A stretch of 44,017 bases of DNA from Coleofasciculus chthonoplastes F2-STO-03 (GTDB lineage Bacteria; Cyanobacteriota; Cyanobacteriia; Cyanobacteriales; Coleofasciculaceae): the NCBI GenBank assembly GCA_040222015.1, contig JAVJWO010000031.1:1-44017 (forward strand). Direction: 5' to 3'. Of the stretch, positions 37,098-44,017 are shown piece after piece. Both the position numbers and the translations under genes were made by a program. Position 1 is the stretch's first letter. Every line of letters starts with the position of its first letter. The notes under the pieces are model-generated. The model ran no database searches and had not been told where the DNA came from. It saw only the letters and a program-made list of their open reading frames with translations.

Positions 37098-39617
37098 TTA
37101 TTGTGTTTCTCCTAGGAGCGATCGCCAATCTTGGATCGTCTGCTCAGACCAAAGCCAATTCTGACTCAGGGCGTCAGGCTGGAAATTCACAGGGTCATCT
37201 TGGAGAACTTTTTTCCGCAGTTTCAACGATTCATTTAAAAGATTGGTGCGCTTTTCGGCTGGCTGTGGTTGAGCAGATTTCCAGAATCCTAAAGCTAATC
37301 CCGCATACGCTGTTAACGCTTCTTTCTTCGCCCCATTTCCCGCCACATCTGCATCGATTTGCTCTTGTTCAATTAAGGTGAGAGCATCTAACCAAGCATT
37401 GTTAGCTCGCTCGAAATCTCCTTCTGCGTAGTAGGCAAAGCCAAGGGCATTGTGATATTTAGCCAAGTCAGGTTGGGCTTTAACTGCTGTTTCCCAATAC
37501 CGTCGCACATCGCTGATATTATAGTCTGTATCCCCAGTTTGAAGCGACTGCCAAGCCAGACGTCCTCTCAAAAAACTGATGGTTGGATTATCCAATTGGG
37601 AGGGAGAAACAGCCTTTAACGCTGCATCGGCTTGAGACAATGCACCTCTATTGAGTAAAGCTTCAACCGCTTCCGTTCCGGCTTCGATATTTCCCTGACC
37701 CAATTGTTCGATCGCTATAGCGGTGACGCGACTGGTTTCGGCTTGCGCTAAGTTGATCTGATCTGAGTCTGAGGGTTGGGGTAGACTCGGCACAGGAGAA
37801 TCAGGCGATGTAATTAACGTATCAGGTTGCGGCTGACGGTTCCAAACCAGGGCAAAACTTAATAGTGCGATCGCAACTGCACCAACCCCCAATCCAATCC
37901 ACAGTTTAGGCGCAACCAGCCAAGAACGCCATCCCTTTTGAGTCGGTTGCGCTGGCGAAGGTTTAGACTTAACCGTATCCTCAGATGACAGCCTTGCTGT
38001 TTTTGGCACAGACGTTGGTGCTGGCGCGGCTGAGGAAACCGGGGATTGCTGAGGCGGCGGGTTGGGTACGTCCTGATTCTCTTGTTCAGGCGCTGGTTGT
38101 GGGGGATGGTTCGGATCTAGGGGAGGTAATTTCGGTTCCTCGAGCTCCGGCTCACTATCCAGTTGTTCGAGTAAATTCTTAATAAAGCTAGACGGATCAT
38201 CCGCCTCATCTTCTGAGGGAATCTCCTCTGAGGGAGTCTCATCGAGCCAATTTTGCCTCGGTTGATACTCATACTTAGCTAGGGGAGGTTTCTCCTCTAG
38301 CAGGAATTCATCCTCATCCTCTAACCTCGTTCTGTTTAACATCGGTGGTGTGAATAGTTCGGCGTCACTTTCATCAGAGACTAATGGCATATCTGGTGGT
38401 TCCGATAACTGTAATCGTTCTTCCCGATGGTGATAGTCATCGTCCACGTTGGTGAGGAATCCATCAAATTCGGGATGCAGGTAAAGTACAGGCAGCGCCC
38501 AATATAATTGGTTAGAGCCATAGGCAGAAATTAGCCCCTGTCGCGCTCGACTCAGACTCAGATCAATCGGATAGCCTTGATTGAGATTCCGATACAGGAG
38601 GCGAGTCAGGGTGAGTGCCACTTCATCGGGAATTCGCTCTGCCATTGCCAGAACCCCAGGAATACCTCGCTTGACCAAGGCTTCGGCTAAATTGCGCTCT
38701 TTGCCATTGTCTAAGGGGTCTGAGGTGGCTGTATAGGCGCCACGACAGGAGTTAAATACAGCTAATTGCACGCCGTTATTTGCCAGCAATCCGGCTAAGT
38801 CATTACCGTTTAAGGTTTCCGTTAATCCGGTTTTATTACTCACTAAATAAACATCACCGCCAGAATCCCCCAGACTACTGTGACCCGCATAATGAAAGAC
38901 TTGATATTGACCTTGTTCTAAGGCTTGGGTAAGTTGTTCTCGTCCCGGTTGTTCGAGAATGGTGAGTTGAATCGCCGGGGGTTCTTGGCGAGAACGGTTT
39001 TTGAGTTCTTCTTGTAGATGTGCTGCTTCCTGTGCCAGTTCTAAACTCTCTTGGTCACTCGGTCCAGCAATAACCATAAGAATTTTCAGGACAGGATTGG
39101 GTTGAGGGGGAACAGAATGAATTGGTCGCATCAACCCGGTGCTGAGTTGATACCGGGAGAAGGCGACATCCGTCCCCGTTGCCAAAGGGCGATCGCCTGC
39201 ATGGAGAACTTCCCAGGGTAAGCGAGGTAAGCGATTTCCTTTGAGTCCCAGGCGCAGTCGCAATACAGTGCGTTGATTTTGCGCGATCGCTTGTGCCATC
39301 ATCCAGCTATCACGCAAGCTCCCTTGAAATAAAGCATTATAGAGTTCCTGACCCAGCGCCACCAAGTTTTGGCAGGATTGACGCACTTGCTGATCGGAGT
39401 TAGGCAAGAAAAACAACTCATCCATACCGCCAGCCCCCCCTTGTAACAAGCCCAGAAGGGGATCATTCATCAGTTGTCTCGCTTGCGTTAACCACTCATC
39501 CATGGGCCAACGCACTTGTTCTTCTGCCAAAGGCACCCCGGGTGCGACTCGTTCAATCCGCACTAGATGCTGGTCGTCCCCCAAAGGGGTCACAGAGATA
39601 TGGAATTCCTGTGCCAC
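37098..39617 (-). CDS. hetF: HetF-family CHAT (caspase-like) protease with TM helix and TPR-like C-terminus
   Basis: QEFHISVTP..APGVPLAEE N-terminus, LPWE, FHYAGH (His), FNSCRG (Cys), YWALPVLY; likely GTG start. Confidence 0.85.
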   Translation of the reverse strand: MAQEFHISVTPLGDDQHLVRIERVAPGVPLAEEQVRWPMDEWLTQARQLMNDPLLGLLQGGAGGMDELFFLPNSDQQVRQSCQNLVALGQELYNALFQGSLRDSWMMAQAIAQNQRTVLRLRLGLKGNRLPRLPWEVLHAGDRPLATGTDVAFSRYQLSTGLMRPIHSVPPQPNPVLKILMVIAGPSDQESLELAQEAAHLQEELKNRSRQEPPAIQLTILEQPGREQLTQALEQGQYQVFHYAGHSSLGDSGGDVYLVSNKTGLTETLNGNDLAGLLANNGVQLAVFNSCRGAYTATSDPLDNGKERNLAEALVKRGIPGVLAMAERIPDEVALTLTRLLYRNLNQGYPIDLSLSRARQGLISAYGSNQLYWALPVLYLHPEFDGFLTNVDDDYHHREERLQLSEPPDMPLVSDESDAELFTPPMLNRTRLEDEDEFLLEEKPPLAKYEYQPRQNWLDETPSEEIPSEDEADDPSSFIKNLLEQLDSEPELEEPKLPPLDPNHPPQPAPEQENQDVPNPPPQQSPVSSAAPAPTSVPKTARLSSEDTVKSKPSPAQPTQKGWRSWLVAPKLWIGLGVGAVAIALLSFALVWNRQPQPDTLITSPDSPVPSLPQPSDSDQINLAQAETSRVTAIAIEQLGQGNIEAGTEAVEALLNRGALSQADAALKAVSPSQLDNPTISFLRGRLAWQSLQTGDTDYNISDVRRYWETAVKAQPDLAKYHNALGFAYYAEGDFERANNAWLDALTLIEQEQIDADVAGNGAKKEALTAYAGLALGFWKSAQPQPAEKRTNLLNESLKLRKKVLQDDPVNFQPDALSQNWLWSEQTIQDWRSLLGETQ

Positions 39618-40347
39618 TGCTATTGCCTGGTCAAGTTTGCTGAATGTCAAGGGTTTTTACTGGGTTTACAATATTTATCGCATTCATAGTGTCTTTAGAT
39701 ATAGATTGATTTAATTCTATGAAAGTTTCCTTAGAGAGTTTAGGGACTCAGACGCGAGTTATGTATTCAATCAGACTTTTTGACCTTATGGATGAGGGGC
39801 GAGACATTAACCCTTGTTGAGAACGCTGGAATTTTTCGGCAGCGGATGCTATTGAACTCAAATTGAGAAACTGATCCAGGATTGTTCCGGATCAACCCCG
39901 CCTATTCCAGAAGAGTGAAATGGTAGATGCACCCTGATTGACGTTCCCTGGCTCACTGATTTGGGCTGGGGATTTTTTTTAGCCCTAGTGGGTAAGCCAC
40001 ATCCAGCATTTTTCCGTTGCTATGTACATCGAGATGAAGGAGTTTTTCCGAATGTCGGGGTGGGTTTCACGATTATCGTTTTTTTTTCGCCCCGATTTGA
40101 CTAAACCTGCCCCTAGAGAAGGTTTCAGTTGTGATTGTACAGACTGGTTCTGTTTGGGTTCAGTTCAATCTCTCTTATCTTAGCAACGGTTGTCCGATAG
40201 GGATACATCCGGAAATTCCTCTGGGAAAGGAAGTAGAAGTAGGGTGGGCATTGCCCACCAGCATACCAGTCATTACCTGTAGGGGAACGGCACTGCTGTA
40301 AGCTGTCATGCATTTAAATTGGGTATACTCAAAACTATTAAAGAATT

Positions 40348-40578
40348 ATGACTTCTTCAATGAACCAGCGCCGATTCTATCAGCAAATTATTCTGGAACA
40401 CTCAAAGAACCTTGTAAATCCAGGCAAAACCAATCCTGTAGATGGATATCATCGGGAACATAACCCAATGTGTGGTGACACGATTGAACTGACGATACAA
40501 CTGAATCCGACAGGCGATAGGATTGAAGATATTAAGTTTGAGGGAACAGGTTGTGCGAATGAAAAACTTTTTTATTAG
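40348..40578 (+). pseudogene. Truncated SufU/IscU-type Fe-S scaffold gene (N-terminal half)
   Basis: YQQIILEH, NPMCGD, IKFEGTGCA, then abrupt loss of similarity. Confidence 0.8.
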
Positions 40579-40608
40579 CTATAACCGTCACGATAAACAA
40601 TGGGCAGA

Positions 40609-40860
40609 GTCAACTACCGCACACCAACCCTTAGGGTATGGTGTGGGCTTGAATAAAGCCTGTTGACCAGACGGCTAGACTTGACTTCGCTCAGTCTAGC
40701 AGCCGTTAAGACTAAGGGTTAACGTTCGTACCAAGGAATGCGTGCCAGTTCCTTGCTCTACAACTGGGTAATTAAACAGGTTATTCGGAAAAGCCAGTGT
40801 TATCCAGAAAGTACCGACTCTTAACACCGTCGAGGCAAACTTAACCAGTAATGAGAGGTG
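40609..40860 (+). ncRNA. omegaRNA (HEARO-like) scaffold of IscB
   Basis: GTCAAC..GGCTTG..AAGCC.GTTGACCAG, GGAATGCGTGCCAGTTCC, TAAACAG..GCCAGTG and CGAGGCAAAC..ACC immediately upstream of iscB. Confidence 0.85.
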
Positions 40861-40865
40861 CAGTA

Positions 40866-42149
40866 ATGCGCGTTTTCGTTCTAGATAAAAACCTACAACC
40901 TCTTGACCCCTGTCATCCAGCACGGGCAAGAGAGTTACTCTCGCAAGGGAGGGCTAAGGTATTCAAGCGCTATCCGTTCACCATTGTTTTGCCAGACAGA
41001 ACTATTGATAAATCAGTCACGCATCCACACCGAATCAAGATTGACCCTGGCAGCAAGGTTACGGGATTTGCGGTTGTTCAAGAAGAGACAGGACGTGTCA
41101 CAAACGCTCTTGAAGTCTCGCACCGAGGGCAACAGATAAAAGACTTCCTTGAGGCTCGTAGAGCATTAAGAAGAGGGCGACGTAATCGTAAAACCCGTTA
41201 CCGCAAGCCTCGCTTCTTGAATCGGACTCGTAAGCAGGGTTGGTTACCTCCCTCTCTAGAGAGTCGAATTTCCAACATTGAGACTTGGGTAAGACGAATC
41301 AGGAAGCTCTGTCCAGTCACCGCCATTTCTCAAGAATTAGTCCGGTTCGACTTACAGCAGATGCAAAACCCAGAGATTAGCGGGATAGAGTACCAGAGAG
41401 GTGAACTGTTTGGCTTCGAGGTTAAAGAGTATCTCTTGACAAAATGGGGTAGAAAATGCGCTTATTGCGGCGTTGAAAATGTCCCATTCGAGATAGAACA
41501 CATTCTTGCCAAAAGCAATGGTGGTTCAAACCGAGTCAGTAATCTTTGCCTTAGCTGTCATTCTTGTAACCAAGCTAAAGGGAATAAGCCCATTGAGGAA
41601 TTCCTTAAGAAAAAGCCAGAAGTTCTCAAGCGAGTCCTGGCTCAAGCAAAAACACCCCTCAAGGATGCTGCTGTTGTTAACGCTACCCGATGGGAGCTGT
41701 ATCGGAGGCTTCAATCGACTGGTTTACCTGTAGAGGTTGGCTCTGGGGGGCGAACAAAGTTTAACCGTAAGACCACAGGGATTGAGAAACATCATTGGAC
41801 TGATGCAGCTTGCGTCGGCGCTTCAACTCCTGAAAAGCTTCTGATGAACGGAATCAAACCACTAAACATCAAAGCTAAGGGGCATGGAAGAAGGCAGCGT
41901 TGCGGTACAAACAAATTTGGCTTTCCCATTCGCCATGCGCCAGCTCAGAAGTTCTTCATGGGATTCCAGACTGGGGACTTGGTAAAAGCCGATGTCAAAA
42001 CGGGAAAGTACGCAGGAGTTTACACAGGTCGAATTGCCATTCGATTCAAGCCGAGCTTTAAATTAACAACAGGAAGGAAAAGTTTTGACGTGCATCCGAA
42101 ATATTTGAAGACAATTCACAGAGCTGACGGCTATGAATACACATCCTAA
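40866..42149 (+). CDS. iscB: RNA-guided endonuclease IscB
   Basis: PLDPCHP (PLMP), IDPGSK (RuvC-I), Arg-rich bridge helix, QELVRFD (RuvC-II), CAYC..EHI..NL..CHSCN (HNH), HWTDA (RuvC-III). Confidence 0.96.
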   Translation: MRVFVLDKNLQPLDPCHPARARELLSQGRAKVFKRYPFTIVLPDRTIDKSVTHPHRIKIDPGSKVTGFAVVQEETGRVTNALEVSHRGQQIKDFLEARRALRRGRRNRKTRYRKPRFLNRTRKQGWLPPSLESRISNIETWVRRIRKLCPVTAISQELVRFDLQQMQNPEISGIEYQRGELFGFEVKEYLLTKWGRKCAYCGVENVPFEIEHILAKSNGGSNRVSNLCLSCHSCNQAKGNKPIEEFLKKKPEVLKRVLAQAKTPLKDAAVVNATRWELYRRLQSTGLPVEVGSGGRTKFNRKTTGIEKHHWTDAACVGASTPEKLLMNGIKPLNIKAKGHGRRQRCGTNKFGFPIRHAPAQKFFMGFQTGDLVKADVKTGKYAGVYTGRIAIRFKPSFKLTTGRKSFDVHPKYLKTIHRADGYEYTS

Positions 42150-42422
42150 AAACAAGGATTCGCTGTCGCTCAATTTGCTATCTTGCGGCAATTCCCCAGA
42201 CGCTAAACCATTGGGGGTACTCACTGCGCTCGATATAAACCCCTCGGTTATAGCGTCCGCCCCCTTGCCGCATTTAAGGTGGATTGCCTGGACGCTGGAA
42301 GCAGCGGGGTATACTGTTGTTCTTCAAGCATGGGAATTTCCTCCCGGTGGCAACTTTGTATTATATATGCAACGGGCAATGACTGGGACAAAGCAAACGA
42401 TCGCAGTGTTGTCTGAGAATTA

Positions 42423-43841
42423 TGGACTCGCACTCAGCAACTTTTACAGTCCTCTCCCTTACTACCAAGCTGTGCTTTTGATGAATGGGGCTTTGTCTCC
42501 GATAGTCGCGATCGTTCAAAGGAGTCAAATCAGGAAGCTTTTTATCAATGTCAAAATCTCGTGGTAGAAAAATATAAACCTTATCACAAGGCTTTTCCTA
42601 AATATACTATTGCATGCTTGAACTTCTTTAGGCAAGCTGCATGGGTTTTGAACTTTCATCCCTATTTCAGGAACGGAGAAAATACTAGAGTTCAAGAACT
42701 TGCCCAGCAAGCCAATATCGATCTCAATCAACAGGCTCGTCTATCGGTACGAAATTTAGGGGATGCTCGGAAAGCCTTGCCTAAGTTCCAAGCAGAGTTT
42801 AGAAATCTTTTGATCCAATTTGCAGAAGTTGATGAGCTAAATAACTTAGAACGCTTAGAACAAGCCATATTTAACGATGTATGGTGTTCATGGTATTTCT
42901 TTGCCTTTCATCCCAATCGGCGATTCCAAAATGCCACCTGGCAATGTACACAGGAATTCAGTAATCAAGTTGGATAAATCAGAAAAAATATCAAGAGAGA
43001 GCTACGGAGGCTCTGCCAAACTGGTTTACAAGTCAGTATTCTCTCAGAGGACGTACTTTGGGAAGAGGAGCGAACTCTCTGGCTGGTGATTAATGGGGAA
43101 AATGTGTTTGATGTGTATAACACTGTAACTGTAGAAGAAGTAGTTTCTGCTATCCGTCGAGCGATCGCTGCTGCTCAGAACCATGAATTACGGTACTATG
43201 CTATCACATTCACTTGGTCAAATATTGTCATTGTGCCGTTGGTAAAGGGTAAATCTTTGGATGGAACAGCTCGGCGTTTTTCCTCAATTCTCTTCTCAGT
43301 AGACAGGGGTGAGGATACTTTTGGGCAATGTAATTTTGTGCCAGTTGCTATTCCCTCAAACGCTTTCTCTCAATTGGAACTCTCAACTTGGACATATCCT
43401 CGTTTGCTAGTTGGACAAAAACTCACAGGATTGCTGTTTCACTTGTCATTATTGGTGTCACACAGAAGAGAGTTTGAAAAACTGCCAGAGCTAGACGAGC
43501 AGGGACACGAGTTACTTCAGCAGTATATTCAACGGCTCACAACTCCGATGGGCGAGATATTCCAAGCTGTGTTAGACACAGAGACAGAAATGCTTAACTA
43601 TTTCAAGCAGCTTTCGCCTTCAGAGCAAGAAAATCGTCCCCATTTAACTACTGTAGTTCAGGGACTTGCGGAACTACAAGAACAAATCCTGCCAACTGCC
43701 GATTGTTCTAGAGACGGAAGAATTCAGTTAACCATGAACCTGCCAGAAGTTGCTGAGTGGGCTAACCGTTTAGAATCTATTCAACAATCCGTCTTTTCTA
43801 TGTATTTGTTTTGGGTGTCGGATGTGCTAGAGGAAGTGTAA
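42423..43841 (+). pseudogene. C-terminal remnant of a large unknown protein with one internal TAA
   Basis: ORFs 42561-42977 and 43086-43841 share a frame separated only by TAA at 42975-42977; the frame is open back to 42417. Confidence 0.7.
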
Positions 43842-44017
43842 TCTTCAAGTTGTAATTGAACAGGGAGAACCCGACATAAACGCTTTGTAGGGGCGAGTCG
43901 CTGGACTAACGGTAATAGGACAGCCTATTATTGGTGTTGACTCGCCCACTAATCAGTAAGACTTGGCTGGCTTTTGCCCAACCTGACGCGAATCCCATTG
44001 GGAGCAGGTCAAGTTTG

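Larger units (their letters stand above)
40609..42278 (+). mobile_element. Non-autonomous IS200/IS605-superfamily IscB element
   Basis: Boundaries fixed (within 2 nt of GT ambiguity) by the restored TIR frame; no TSD; terminal hairpins; no tnpA. Confidence 0.88.
40559..42425 (+). pseudogene. TIR-domain gene split by the IscB element and 3'-truncated
   Basis: MKNFFISYNRHDKQWA-GA (40559-40608) joins G-TGG at 42279 to give E-WIAWTLEAAGYTVVLQAWEFPPGGNFV..TIAVLSENY. Confidence 0.88.

Noticed and set aside
40609..42278. IStron (self-splicing intron) restoring the TIR gene
   Set aside because: No room for, or sign of, a group I core; the element is just omegaRNA, iscB and a terminal hairpin.
42133..42567. 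144-aa ORF as an independent gene
   Set aside because: Chimera of the IscB element end, the TIR fragment and out-of-frame sequence.
361..43089. Other short ORFs overlapping identified genes
   Set aside because: Antisense or alternate-frame shadows without recognisable motifs.

Overview
44 kb of a filamentous cyanobacterial chromosome, judged from frequent HIP1 GCGATCGC sites, STRR heptamer arrays, GTAG-type REP palindromes and a hetF homologue. Housekeeping genes (ispH, murF, pth, acyP, hslO, GST, SDRs, aldo/keto reductase, GAF/HD-GYP) alternate with accessory blocks. (1) 12.5-23.6 kb is a candidate defence locus: a PLD-nuclease/SF2-helicase fusion, then an N6-adenine methyltransferase-TRD gene with a C-terminal AlbA_2/Schlafen-like domain that is frameshifted at a T8 run. 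A Dnd-associated methyltransferase lies divergent from it. (2) A complete non-autonomous IscB + omegaRNA element (40609-42278) sits without target duplication inside a TIR-domain gene, so its guide and TAM can be read from the flanks; neighbouring genes are decayed. (3) A 102-bp TA-targeting MITE occurs four times; one copy knocks out a DUF5674 gene next to a yefM/truncated-yoeB pair. (4) There are two IS200/IS605 remnants, a phased cluster of DnaA-box-like sites upstream of a DUF2811 gene, and a PhyH-like protein that appears to have lost its iron ligands. All family assignments are from motif recognition; no searches were run.
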